From Candidatus Iainarchaeum sp. (GTDB lineage Archaea; Iainarchaeota; Iainarchaeia; Iainarchaeales; GCA-2688035), in the NCBI GenBank assembly GCA_017610175.1, contig JAFCCO010000006.1, forward strand, positions 10,064-74,063: a stretch of DNA of 64,000 nucleotides, read 5' to 3'. The number at the start of each line of letters is the position of its first letter. The first letter of the stretch is position 1. The translations under genes were made by a program, and so were the position numbers. Positions 37,634 through 47,161 of this stretch are shown here, one piece after another. The notes beneath the pieces are model-generated. The model was not told where the DNA came from, ran no database searches, and worked only from the letters and a program-made list of their open reading frames with translations.

Positions 37634-38457
37634 GCAAGCACCTTTGGAAGCTCACTCCATTTTCGCAGAATCGCATCCGGCTTAACGCGCTTTCCCTTCA
37701 GTTCTTTTTTTCTCCATTTGACACAGTCTGATGCAAAGAGAATCGCTTTCATTTCCGGAACATTTTTCTTTGCTCCGAAAACGTCGCTTAGCATGTCATT
37801 TCCCATGTAAACGGTTTCATCCGGAGTGAGTCCTTTTCGCTTAAGCTTTGCCACTGCTTTGCTGAATATTTTTGGGTTTGGTTTGCTAAAGCCCTCTTCG
37901 TAAGAACGAACAAAGAGTTCCTCTGAAAAAATCTTCCTGTAATCACTTGCCCCAAAGAGTTCTTTGAGCTGCGGCACCGTGTAAAATTGGGAATTGGAAA
38001 CTATTCCAATCCAAACTCCGCGTTTTTTTATTTTAAGCAGGGCATTCTTGCAGCCGGGATAAAGTTTCATTTGTTTGTGCAGTGAGTTGTAGTAGTTTAC
38101 TATGGATGCGCCCTTTTTTTCAAGCAAAGCCATACTCCCTCTTAAGCCAAGCCTTTTAAGAGTCCTTGCCCAAATTTTTTCAATTCTTACCTCCGGCCAC
38201 TTTATGCCGCGGGCCTTGCTTTTGGCGTGGCTCTTTACAATTTCTTCCTCCATCATATCAAAGAGTGCTCTTTCGGGTTTTTTTCTGGAAGCTTTTTTAA
38301 GTGGCTGCCCTAATCCAAATTTTTTCACTGTTTTTGCCATGTAGGGCTTCATTTTTTTGAACGAGTCCTGCTTTGGCCCGTCGTTGGATGAAGCCGTACT
38401 GGTGATTATTGTGCCGTAAACGTCAAGCAGCAAGGCGCTTGTTTTTATCTTGTTCAT
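37630..38457 (-). CDS. HAD-superfamily hydrolase/phosphatase
   Basis: LDVYGT, SNSQFYT, KPNP, GNDMLSD. Confidence 0.88.
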   Translation of the reverse strand: MNKIKTSALLLDVYGTIITSTASSNDGPKQDSFKKMKPYMAKTVKKFGLGQPLKKASRKKPERALFDMMEEEIVKSHAKSKARGIKWPEVRIEKIWARTLKRLGLRGSMALLEKKGASIVNYYNSLHKQMKLYPGCKNALLKIKKRGVWIGIVSNSQFYTVPQLKELFGASDYRKIFSEELFVRSYEEGFSKPNPKIFSKAVAKLKRKGLTPDETVYMGNDMLSDVFGAKKNVPEMKAILFASDCVKWRKKELKGKRVKPDAILRKWSELPKVLA

Positions 38458-40274
38458 GTTCCGTCAACCGTAAGCGGGTGAATGTAATCAAGGTCCAAAT
38501 ACTTTGCAACAACTTTTTTGTTGTTTACTTTTGGCTGCTTTAATTTGTTTAGGTATGTGCGGTTTCCTATGAGAAAAAGGCTTTTCAGTCGTGCAGCTTT
38601 TGCTTTCAGGCTGTATTGTTCAATTATTCTTTTCCTGTTCTTTGCAATTAGTTTTGACGGCTTTTTTTTGACCATTCTGTAAATTTTTCTTATTACAGGA
38701 TTTATTTTCACAAACTCTCTGATCCTCTTCTTTTCCTCAAATATTGCGTCAATTGCCTCAAGCTGCATCTCAAGGTTTAGGTCCTTGAAATCGATGCATT
38801 TGATTCCATTCACATTGAAAAATTTAATGCTTGAAACATATCTTTTCACGCTCTTTTTTGAGATTCTTTTCAGGCCCTGTTTTTTCCTAAGCGAATTTAC
38901 GTCGTGGTAGTAAAGGCTTGTTATTCTTTTTTCCGCATCCTTAATCCATTCAAGTTTAATCCACATCTTTTTGTACATGTGCCTAAAGTCCATGCCGTTT
39001 CTTTCAAAGTCGTTGCATACATAGGGTAGTTTCCTTCCCATTATCGCTTTTCCTGTTAACCATCCCTCGTGGAAACAGAAGCCGAATCCCTCAATTATAC
39101 TTGTTGTTAATATTCCATCACTTACTGCAAACACATCAATAAGGCTGAATTCCTCGATTCGCCTTCCTTTTCTTTTTCTCTTTTCGCTTGGGCTCACAAA
39201 GTCGTTTCCAAGCCCTATTACCACCGGAAGCCTGTTAATCCTGCAGAATTCCTTCAAAGCATTTGAGTACTCAACGTCCTTTCCGCTGCCTGGTTCAAGG
39301 GTTATAAGGAGTTGGAATTTGTCTTCAATGCTGTTCAAAGCCATAAGCAGGAGAATTGTTTCCGCATTGTTTTTCCTTCGCATTACCTTAAGTGGACTCA
39401 GCAGAATTTTTCTCTTCTCCTCGAAAAAGTAGCGGTTTTTGTCGCTGTATTCCTTAATTCTGTCCAAGAGCTGTTTCTTGAACTGTTTTTCCTTTGTGAT
39501 TGGCTTTGCTGTAAAGAAACCCGTGTCTATGCTGTTGGGCAAAAAGAAAATTCTTGAGTTTGAAATCCCAATAAGCTTCAGGTTTTCCGCGTCCCTGCTG
39601 TTGATTGTTGCGTAAAACATGTTTGGCGTGTTTGGGTACATTATTTTTGCGGCAAATTCCGGATCATACTTCCCAGTGCAGTTCTGCATTCTCTGAAGCA
39701 TTTCGGGCCTTGAATTTTCCGCAAAATCGTGCACCTGATTCAGGAACCACACCGGCTTGCGTTGTTGGTAATATTCTTCCGCCAGCATCCAGATTGCTGC
39801 ACAAAGAGAGGGGTTTTTTCCGAGTGGAACGCCGTGGCAGTGGAAAATGAACGGTGAGTCCAAACTGCATTTTTCCAGATTAATGTTGCACTTCCCGGTG
39901 TCAATGTTGTGGGCGATTTTTTCCTTCAGCGCGCTTGCCTTTCGTATAAATTCTTCTTTATTTTTTCCAGGTCCGGCGTCATAGTTTAGTTCGGTTATGT
40001 CCACATTGTGCACGCGAATGTTTTCCTTGTGGTCCTGCCTTATTTTGAGGTCGCTTACACTAAAGATGTTTTCAAAATCCGAAAACACAAAAATGTCGAT
40101 TTCCTTTGCCTTTAAGTGGTTCATTATTGCGTCTATTGTATTTTCTATAACAACGCGAACCCCTGCCGGCCTTAGGTGGTAGTGTTCTTCGGCAACCTTT
40201 AGTTCGGCGGGCAGTTTTCCCTCTTCCTTTATTTCAAGCAGGTCTTTTTTGATTGACTGCAACTGCCCTGCCAT
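38454..40274 (-). CDS. GT4-like glycosyltransferase (possible mannosylglucosyl-phosphoglycerate synthase type)
   Basis: HYHLRPAGV, HDFAE..RP, RRKN, TTSIIEGFG..F.E. Confidence 0.7.
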   Translation of the reverse strand: MAGQLQSIKKDLLEIKEEGKLPAELKVAEEHYHLRPAGVRVVIENTIDAIMNHLKAKEIDIFVFSDFENIFSVSDLKIRQDHKENIRVHNVDITELNYDAGPGKNKEEFIRKASALKEKIAHNIDTGKCNINLEKCSLDSPFIFHCHGVPLGKNPSLCAAIWMLAEEYYQQRKPVWFLNQVHDFAENSRPEMLQRMQNCTGKYDPEFAAKIMYPNTPNMFYATINSRDAENLKLIGISNSRIFFLPNSIDTGFFTAKPITKEKQFKKQLLDRIKEYSDKNRYFFEEKRKILLSPLKVMRRKNNAETILLLMALNSIEDKFQLLITLEPGSGKDVEYSNALKEFCRINRLPVVIGLGNDFVSPSEKRKRKGRRIEEFSLIDVFAVSDGILTTSIIEGFGFCFHEGWLTGKAIMGRKLPYVCNDFERNGMDFRHMYKKMWIKLEWIKDAEKRITSLYYHDVNSLRKKQGLKRISKKSVKRYVSSIKFFNVNGIKCIDFKDLNLEMQLEAIDAIFEEKKRIREFVKINPVIRKIYRMVKKKPSKLIAKNRKRIIEQYSLKAKAARLKSLFLIGNRTYLNKLKQPKVNNKKVVAKYLDLDYIHPLTVDGT

Positions 40275-40280
40275 GTTAAA

Positions 40281-41288
40281 TCACGTGTTCTTTTTCAGGT
40301 ATGCCTTCATTGATTCAATGAGGTTTACAGGGGTTGGGTCAATTCTGTGCAGCATTGACAGGTAAAATGCGGTGAGCGAACCAAGGTAGTTTGCATACCA
40401 AATCTGTGCAAGAATTCCTTTTCCCTTTGCCTCAATGTCAGTAGAGTTGTACCCGATTGAGCGCACCCTTTTTTTCATGTACTGGATTCGTGCATTCATC
40501 TTCTTGCTTTCCTTTGTTCGCTTCAGGAAAATGAAGTGTGCCTTTCCCAGTCCAAGGTATGCGTTTATTTCGTTGTGCTGCAGTTCGGGCAAAAGGTTCC
40601 AGTGCAGGAAAACTTTTGCAATCTCGTTGTGTTCGGTCTGCCACCTTATTGCGCTTGCATTGAGCGCCTCTGTGGCATAGATTACCGGCAGCTTTTTGTG
40701 CAGTGTTTTTGCAAGGCTCCCTGCCTTCGCCATAATCTGCTTTTGGTTCGTTTCCATCACTTTAATGGCTTCAAAAATATCGCTTTGCTTTAGCGGGCTA
40801 AGCCCTGCCTTTGCAAGCATTGCAAGAGTTGAAAATAGCAAATAACCTGTTGCCTGCCTTGGCTGCATTCCCCCTGGCACAATAACGCATTTCTTGCATG
40901 CCTTTGCAAGCTTTCCGTTTGAGCTTATTCCAACCGAGGGAATCTTTCTTTTATTCAGTTCCCTGAATATTGTAAGTGCCTCATCAGTGTTTCCGCTGTA
41001 GCTCACCACTATGCAGAAAGTTTTATTATCAACAAATTTCGGGAGGATGTATCCGTGCTCAATGAAAACAGGGACTTTGCCTGTTTGGAAAAATGACTTT
41101 TGGATTACCTCTCCAACGTATCCACTGCCGCCCATGCCTGTAATGAAAATCTTGTCAATCCCCTTTGCTTTTGCAACCTTTACTTTCTTTCCAATCTTCC
41201 ATCCTTCTCTGCACTGTTCGGGAAAAGAAACGAGCTTGCCCAAATAATCGTTTTTGTCATATTTTGAAATTAGTTTTCCAAAGCTCAT
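40281..41288 (-). CDS. Bifunctional phosphoglucose/phosphomannose isomerase
   Basis: GMGGS, SYSGNT.E, QPR, RWQT..NE.AK, PELQHNEI; start ATG 41288 preferred. Confidence 0.9.
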   Translation of the reverse strand: MSFGKLISKYDKNDYLGKLVSFPEQCREGWKIGKKVKVAKAKGIDKIFITGMGGSGYVGEVIQKSFFQTGKVPVFIEHGYILPKFVDNKTFCIVVSYSGNTDEALTIFRELNKRKIPSVGISSNGKLAKACKKCVIVPGGMQPRQATGYLLFSTLAMLAKAGLSPLKQSDIFEAIKVMETNQKQIMAKAGSLAKTLHKKLPVIYATEALNASAIRWQTEHNEIAKVFLHWNLLPELQHNEINAYLGLGKAHFIFLKRTKESKKMNARIQYMKKRVRSIGYNSTDIEAKGKGILAQIWYANYLGSLTAFYLSMLHRIDPTPVNLIESMKAYLKKNT

Positions 41289-41355
41289 AGAACTCACTCT
41301 AATAGAATGGGCTTCAGATTTAATAAGGCTAACTTTTCGAGCTTTGTATGCAAAA

Positions 41356-43230
41356 CTACTTCTTCGCTCTCTTGGCAATTTCTTCTTTCAGTGCGGCACT
41401 TATTGCACTGCCGTCCGCCTTTCCCTTAAGTTCCCTCATTGCGTCTCCCATGAGGGCTCCGATTGCGTGCATTCCCTTGCTTTCAACAAGCGCTGAATTC
41501 TTTTCAACAATCTTGCTGATTACACCTGAAATGTCCTCTGATTTTGCCTTGCCCATTCCAAGCCCCTTCACGATTTCTTCCAAATTCTTTTTCGGATTTT
41601 TTGCAAGTGCAAGCAAAACATCTTGGTAAACGTCCTTGCTGATCTTTCCCTTATTTCCTGCGACGAGAACAGCCTCAACCATTTCGTTTGAAACAAAAAC
41701 AGCGTGCTGCCTTTTCAGCTGGACTGTGGTTTCAAGCAAAAGCGTGGCTGCGGCAGTAGCATTCAGTCCCTTCTTCAAAAGCGTTTCGAAGAAGCATGCC
41801 TTGTTGCTCAGAACCATTTTCTGCACAAGTTTTTCACTCAAACCTTGTTTTTTGTAAAGCTTGCTTCTTTCACCTACGGTAAGCGGCAATTCTTTTTTCA
41901 GCCTTTCAAGCGTTTCGGTTGAAGCGGTTACCGGCTCAAGATCTGTTTCAGGATACATTCTCGCTGCGCCCGGCAATGGCCTGCTGTACTCTGTGTTGCC
42001 GCCCTCAAGCGCGTTCCTTGTTTCCTCGGGAACTCCTTTAAACGCCTGTTCAATTCTTTCCTGCAGGACAGCAAATGCCTTTCCCGCTTTTGCTTTTTCT
42101 GCTTGCACAAGGATGAATGCGTCTCCCTTTCCGCACCCAAGTTTTTCCATTGTGTTTGAAACTTCCTTATCGCTAATGCCATATGCGGGCAGTTCATCGC
42201 TGTGCAGAATCCCCTTAAGCCCTGCTTTTGATTTTACATAGCCTGCGAGCTCTGTCCCAAAGCGCCTCCCTTGCTGAAGTTCCTTCCCCAACAGCCCTGA
42301 AAATCCCTTAACGCACGAGCCAAATACAATTTTGCCCTTTATGAATTTGCATTCACTTCCCTTAAACAGTTCACTGACTTCCATTGGCTCCAGTTTTATG
42401 TCCGCAGGTTTAAGGCCTCTGTTTTTCAGTTCGGCTCTTAATTCGACAAGCGCAATTTGCCTCTGCACTTCCCTTCTTGCAAATTCGTCAATCAGCTCAA
42501 GTTCCTGCACTCCCTTTATTTCAACCCTTGCTCCCTCGGCAATTGAAATGTTAACATCCTGCCTGATGGTTCCAAGGCCGCGCTTTGTGCTGCATGTTCT
42601 CCTAAAAAGCTCGCCAATCTTTTTTGCGCACTCTTTTACCTCTTCAGGTGTTTTTAGGTCAGGATCTGTTGCAAGTTCAATTAACGGGATTCCCAAGCGG
42701 TCAAGCCTGTAAACAACTTCGCGCTCCCTTCTTTCAATTGGGCGGCAAGCGTCCTCTTCAATAGCCATGCTTTGAATTCCAACTTCCTTGTTTTTAAGCT
42801 TCAGTTTTCCTCCGACTGAAACAAGCATTGTTCTTTGGAACCCGCTTGTGTTCGAACCGTCAATAACGGCTTTTCTCATTACAACCAGCCTGTCCATGAT
42901 TGTTGCATCAGCCATAAGCGATACTTTAAGCGTAACATCAAGTGCGTCCTTGTCGCACGGCAATGGAGGCGCTTCGTCTGCTTCAATTAAGCAGGTGGTG
43001 TCACTGTATCCTTGGTATTCGAATGTAAACCCTTTTTTGAATGCTTCAAGTGCAGCCCTGTCAAATTCGCCCATTTCGGATGCGACAGCCCTAAGCCTTC
43101 TTTTGAATACAATATTTGGCTTGTCTTCCCTCAGAGTGGATGGGCATCTGCAGAACAGTTTTCCGGTATCAAGCTGTTGGTGAACCTCAAGTCCGGCTTT
43201 GAACCCTATTTTTGCAAAATTAGTTTCCAT
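41356..43230 (-). CDS. gatE: Glu-tRNA(Gln) amidotransferase subunit E
   Basis: GLEVHQQL, DGSNTSGFQRT, RGLGTIRQDVN, RPLPGAARMYPETD. Confidence 0.97.
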   Translation of the reverse strand: METNFAKIGFKAGLEVHQQLDTGKLFCRCPSTLREDKPNIVFKRRLRAVASEMGEFDRAALEAFKKGFTFEYQGYSDTTCLIEADEAPPLPCDKDALDVTLKVSLMADATIMDRLVVMRKAVIDGSNTSGFQRTMLVSVGGKLKLKNKEVGIQSMAIEEDACRPIERREREVVYRLDRLGIPLIELATDPDLKTPEEVKECAKKIGELFRRTCSTKRGLGTIRQDVNISIAEGARVEIKGVQELELIDEFARREVQRQIALVELRAELKNRGLKPADIKLEPMEVSELFKGSECKFIKGKIVFGSCVKGFSGLLGKELQQGRRFGTELAGYVKSKAGLKGILHSDELPAYGISDKEVSNTMEKLGCGKGDAFILVQAEKAKAGKAFAVLQERIEQAFKGVPEETRNALEGGNTEYSRPLPGAARMYPETDLEPVTASTETLERLKKELPLTVGERSKLYKKQGLSEKLVQKMVLSNKACFFETLLKKGLNATAAATLLLETTVQLKRQHAVFVSNEMVEAVLVAGNKGKISKDVYQDVLLALAKNPKKNLEEIVKGLGMGKAKSEDISGVISKIVEKNSALVESKGMHAIGALMGDAMRELKGKADGSAISAALKEEIAKRAKK

Positions 43231-43269
43231 TCAAATCACTATAAGTTGGAGTAAAAAACGTTTTAATAG

Positions 43270-43812
43270 CTACTTTTTTGGGGAAATTTTGTGTCCCAAT
43301 TCAAGGCATGCTGCCATAACCTCTTTATTTTCTGCAACTTCCCCTGCTTCCTCTGCACTGGCTTTTACACTTCCCACAACATTCATTTTGTGGTCTTTTG
43401 CAAATTCAGCCAGCGCGTTTTCGCAGAATTGCACATTTTTAAGGTCTTGCCCGCCAACAGCAATTGTTGCTGCCTGTTTTTCCTCAAGCTTGCCGGTTCC
43501 GCACAGTCCGTTTGTTCTGTCCATAAAATTCTTCATTATTCCTGAAACGTTTTTGAAGTAGTCTGGACTTCCGAATACAATTGCATCTGCACTAACAAGC
43601 TTTTCAATCAGTTTAGGCATATCGTCTTTGAGTGGGCACTCCGAATCTGTTTCAAAGCAGTCGCACACTGCCCTGCAGGGCTCTATTTTCTTGTCCGCAA
43701 GCCTTACAAGCTCTGTTTCGGCCCCGTTTTCTGCTGCGCCCTTTAGAACCTGCTTGAGCATTGAATCGGTATTTCCCTTTCGGGGAGAGCCTGAGATTGC
43801 AAGTACTTTCAT
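43270..43812 (-). CDS. Iron-sulfur flavoprotein / flavodoxin family
   Basis: GSPRKGNT, C...C.C......C...DD, GSP.YF..VSG..K.FMDR. Confidence 0.88.
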   Translation of the reverse strand: MKVLAISGSPRKGNTDSMLKQVLKGAAENGAETELVRLADKKIEPCRAVCDCFETDSECPLKDDMPKLIEKLVSADAIVFGSPDYFKNVSGIMKNFMDRTNGLCGTGKLEEKQAATIAVGGQDLKNVQFCENALAEFAKDHKMNVVGSVKASAEEAGEVAENKEVMAACLELGHKISPKK

Positions 43813-43851
43813 AAGAATAAGTGAATGCAAAAAGTGATTTAAATCAATATA

Positions 43852-44166
43852 TTACTTTTTTTTCTGTTTTGGTTTGAATGAAACAAAACCGGCTTCGTGG
43901 AGTTCGTTTGAAATCCTTTTTTTAACTGTCCCTACACTTTCGTGGGTACGGGCAGCTTCAGCCTCTACAACCGTCTGTACGATGCCTGCATTTATGGGTT
44001 TGCGTTGCCCGCCATGTCCTGGCGTTTTAGCTCCGCTCAGAATAACAATTTGTTGTGCGCTGGATGTAAGTTTTGAGAACGGTTTTGGTTTTTCTATATG
44101 GCTTCTTGGCAGGCCTGGTGCTTTGCCATGTCTGTTCTGTCCAATGCGTGGTCTTTTAGGGGCCAT
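43852..44166 (-). CDS. Small basic hypothetical protein
   Basis: MAPKRPR start; co-oriented with neighbours; fills the gap. Confidence 0.55.
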   Translation of the reverse strand: MAPKRPRIGQNRHGKAPGLPRSHIEKPKPFSKLTSSAQQIVILSGAKTPGHGGQRKPINAGIVQTVVEAEAARTHESVGTVKKRISNELHEAGFVSFKPKQKKK

Positions 44167-44195
44167 TTAAACCATATTCTTTTGGTGCGTTTCAG

Positions 44196-44738
44196 CTATT
44201 TATTCCTTTGCAATTTGAATTTTTCGCCCACTGCCACAAAATCTTCCCCTCCAATGTGCAGCACTATTTCATTGTCATCGAGTGAGGGGTCTTTTTTTGC
44301 GGAAACGATTTCTGCAGTTACAACGAAGTGGTCTGCCTTCTTTGGCTCAAGAATTTCAACAACCTTGCATTCAAGAACAATCTTTGCTTTCTTCACATAG
44401 GGGGCATCAATCTTTTCACAGTTTTCCTTTTTCAGGCCAACAACCACAAGTTTGTCTGCGTCCTGTTCAAATGATTTTCCACAATCCACTGCCTTTTGCG
44501 CCCAGTTTCTTGAAACAACGTTCAAAGCAAATTCTCCCTTGTTGCGGAGATTTTTTATGGTGCGTGTTTCCTTTCCCTGAACTCCAATCATAATCATTGG
44601 CGGCTTGAATGAAACAGGGCAGCACCAGCTGTATGGCGCGGCATTGGCAATTCCCTTTTCGTCTTTTGTGGTTGCAAGCACAGTAATGCGGGGATAAATA
44701 AGCCTTGCCCCCTGTGCAAGCGGAATTTTCTCTAACAT
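44196..44738 (-). CDS. Flavin reductase-like (FMN-binding split barrel) protein
   Basis: NAAPYSW, S.KPP, T.KN....EF.LN, LECKV, DH. Confidence 0.88.
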   Translation of the reverse strand: MLEKIPLAQGARLIYPRITVLATTKDEKGIANAAPYSWCCPVSFKPPMIMIGVQGKETRTIKNLRNKGEFALNVVSRNWAQKAVDCGKSFEQDADKLVVVGLKKENCEKIDAPYVKKAKIVLECKVVEILEPKKADHFVVTAEIVSAKKDPSLDDNEIVLHIGGEDFVAVGEKFKLQRNK

Positions 44739-44792
44739 AGTAATATATCTTGTTGAAAAAGGTTTAAATTCTTCCTTTTACCCAATAATATT

Positions 44793-45659
44793 ATGAAAAG
44801 GAAACCATATGTTAAAAGGATTCCTCCCGTTAAGGCGACCGGCCGAAGAAAAGGGGCAAGGCCGAAAAGTCCGCAGCAAATCACAATTGATTTTAATACA
44901 CGGGACAGGCAGATGCGCGGAATGATGCGTGACTTCCATGTGCTTAAAGTACAGCTCGGATTAAAGAATACTTCTGATGCGCACTTGAAAAAACTGGGGT
45001 CAGTCTGGAAACAAGGCAATAATGCAAATCTTGGTTTGCTTAAAAAACTTATCAGGCTCAAACCCAAGTATGTTGCTGCATTGAAGCGCAGTGTGATTGC
45101 AAGAAGGTTAATCAAAATGCGTCTTGTTCGCGATCCCAAATTTATGCAGATTGAAAACATTGAAGCATTTACCCATCGTGCGTTCCAGTTGATTAAGGCA
45201 AGGGAAAAGGCGGGCAAAGGCTATTCAATGGCCATAGTTGATTTGGACAAGTTTAAGGCCGTCAACGATACATTTGGACATGCGGCAGGTGACGTTGTGA
45301 TTGGAAAGATTGCTGACATTTTAAGCCGTTTTGCGCAGGAGCACGGGGGCGCGGCTGCCCGTGTCGGTGGTGAGGAATTTAGGTTGTTTGTCCCAATGGG
45401 TGAGAGAACACTTTCTGTTGCACTAAAGCAGCTTGCCCCTGTTTTCTCCGCAGAGCTTACAAATCCGCGAAGCTTCGGTGTTTCACCAATTAAGTCCTGG
45501 GCTGGCTGGAAGGCCCCCACCTTTAGTGCCGGGGTTGCCGGAAAGAAGGGCTCGGGGTTAATTGCCGGATTTAACAATTTAATTTCAAGCCTTGCAACCA
45601 AATCTGATGCCGCGCTCTACAAAGCAAAGGAAACAAGAAACACAGTAAAAATAGCTTGA
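44793..45659 (+). CDS. GGDEF-domain protein (diguanylate cyclase, GGEEF)
   Basis: DLDKFKAVNDTFGHAAGDVVI, ARVGGEEF, TFSAGVA, SDAALYKAK...N. Confidence 0.92.
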   Translation: MKRKPYVKRIPPVKATGRRKGARPKSPQQITIDFNTRDRQMRGMMRDFHVLKVQLGLKNTSDAHLKKLGSVWKQGNNANLGLLKKLIRLKPKYVAALKRSVIARRLIKMRLVRDPKFMQIENIEAFTHRAFQLIKAREKAGKGYSMAIVDLDKFKAVNDTFGHAAGDVVIGKIADILSRFAQEHGGAAARVGGEEFRLFVPMGERTLSVALKQLAPVFSAELTNPRSFGVSPIKSWAGWKAPTFSAGVAGKKGSGLIAGFNNLISSLATKSDAALYKAKETRNTVKIA

Positions 45660-45663
45660 TAAC

Positions 45664-46983
45664 TTATTCTTCTTTGGGCGGGAACGAATCCATTGAAATC
45701 CGCTCATTAATTTCCCCGCGCAAATTTTGGCCCATAAGCTCTGCAACCTCGGACTTTTTGTAATTTGCCAAAAGCCAAGCAAGCTTAACAAAAGCGGTTT
45801 CAGGAAGCAGGTCCTTGCAGTAAACCACTCCAATCTCTGAAAGCTTTCTGATATTTGTGTAAATGGACGGATGCACACTGCCAAACAGGCACTGTGATGT
45901 CATGCATACCACACACCCGCTTTTTATGAGATTTTTTATTGCCTTAATGTTGTCCTCGAATTTTTTTATTGTAACAGTTGTGTGCCCCAACCCGGTTCCT
46001 TCAATCACAAGTCCTTTGTACTTGTTTTTTCTGAAAAAATCAATTTCTATAAGTTTCATTGAAGGATGGGATTTTAGAAGCCCCACTTTTTCCTCGAACT
46101 TTGGCATTGCCTTAAATGTGCCGCGCTTTTTTGCATAATTCTTTTTCAGGAAATTTATTTTTCCCGATTTGTAATCAACAAGGGCTATTGGACTATCATT
46201 CACTGCCTTGAACGCATCCCTTCTGCTTGTGTGCATTTTTCTTGTTTTGCAGGCTGGCAGTACAGCGCATATTTCATCGTCTGTTGAATGGTGCATGCAT
46301 ATTGCGACCCCTGCAAAATCAGTTTTTGCAATAAACTTTGCCGCACAAATAAGGTTCATTGCAGCATCACTGCTTCCCCTGTCCGAGCTTCTCTGCGCCC
46401 CAACAAGCATTACCGGAACCGGGCAATTCTCAAGTGCAAAGGAAAGTGCTGCGGCTGTGTAACCAAGTGTATCGGTTCCGTGCCCTAAAATAATTCCCTT
46501 TGCCCCTTTTTTTATTTCCTTTTCAATGGCATTAACAAGTTTCCCGTAATATGCAAAATTCATGTCTTCTGACATTATGTTGCTTACAAGTGTGCTTTCA
46601 AAGTTTGCTATCTCCTCCAACTCAGGGAACATTGTGAGCAAATCATCTGCACTGAATGCAGCAATGACTCCGCCTGTTTTATAATTGACTCTGCTTGCAA
46701 TTGTGCCGCCTGTGTGGAGAATACTAATTGAGGGCAGGCCTTTTTTCTCCTCAACTTTTGCTGTTTTTGGTTTCCCCACCGTTTTGCCCTTACTTTTCTT
46801 CTTAACAGATTTTATTTTTTTGATGTCAATTTCGGTGTTGTATCCACTGTTAAGCTTTAGCGCAATTAATGAGTCTGATTTGGAGGGCACAATGGTGCCA
46901 ATGAGCAGGTCATTGCCCACTGAGAGCTCTATAATGTCTCCTTCTGCAATTTTGTGTTTATTTAGAAAAGCACTTTTCTTCAT
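45664..46983 (-). CDS. gatD: Glu-tRNA(Gln) amidotransferase subunit D
   Basis: LKLNSGYN, TGGTIASRV, HGTDT, GAQRSSDRGSSD, RKMHTSRRDAF. Confidence 0.97.
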   Translation of the reverse strand: MKKSAFLNKHKIAEGDIIELSVGNDLLIGTIVPSKSDSLIALKLNSGYNTEIDIKKIKSVKKKSKGKTVGKPKTAKVEEKKGLPSISILHTGGTIASRVNYKTGGVIAAFSADDLLTMFPELEEIANFESTLVSNIMSEDMNFAYYGKLVNAIEKEIKKGAKGIILGHGTDTLGYTAAALSFALENCPVPVMLVGAQRSSDRGSSDAAMNLICAAKFIAKTDFAGVAICMHHSTDDEICAVLPACKTRKMHTSRRDAFKAVNDSPIALVDYKSGKINFLKKNYAKKRGTFKAMPKFEEKVGLLKSHPSMKLIEIDFFRKNKYKGLVIEGTGLGHTTVTIKKFEDNIKAIKNLIKSGCVVCMTSQCLFGSVHPSIYTNIRKLSEIGVVYCKDLLPETAFVKLAWLLANYKKSEVAELMGQNLRGEINERISMDSFPPKEE

Positions 46984-47161
46984 GAGTATTCACTTAAAAG
47001 CAGGGCACAAATTAATTTTAACCTATCGTACTTCGTTAAGTGCGATTGTTGTTTAGATTTTTTAAAACCCGTTTGCATTTCTTGGGTTTTTTTGCCGCAA
47101 ATAATTACAAAATAGGGCATTTTAAATATTCAAATGTTCTATATTACTGTAGAGTGATATC

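Noticed and set aside
41289-41378. Basic leader MPRERRSS on PGI/PMI
   Set aside because: Overlaps the gatE end; ATG 41288 fits the family length better, so it was not counted among the basic leaders.
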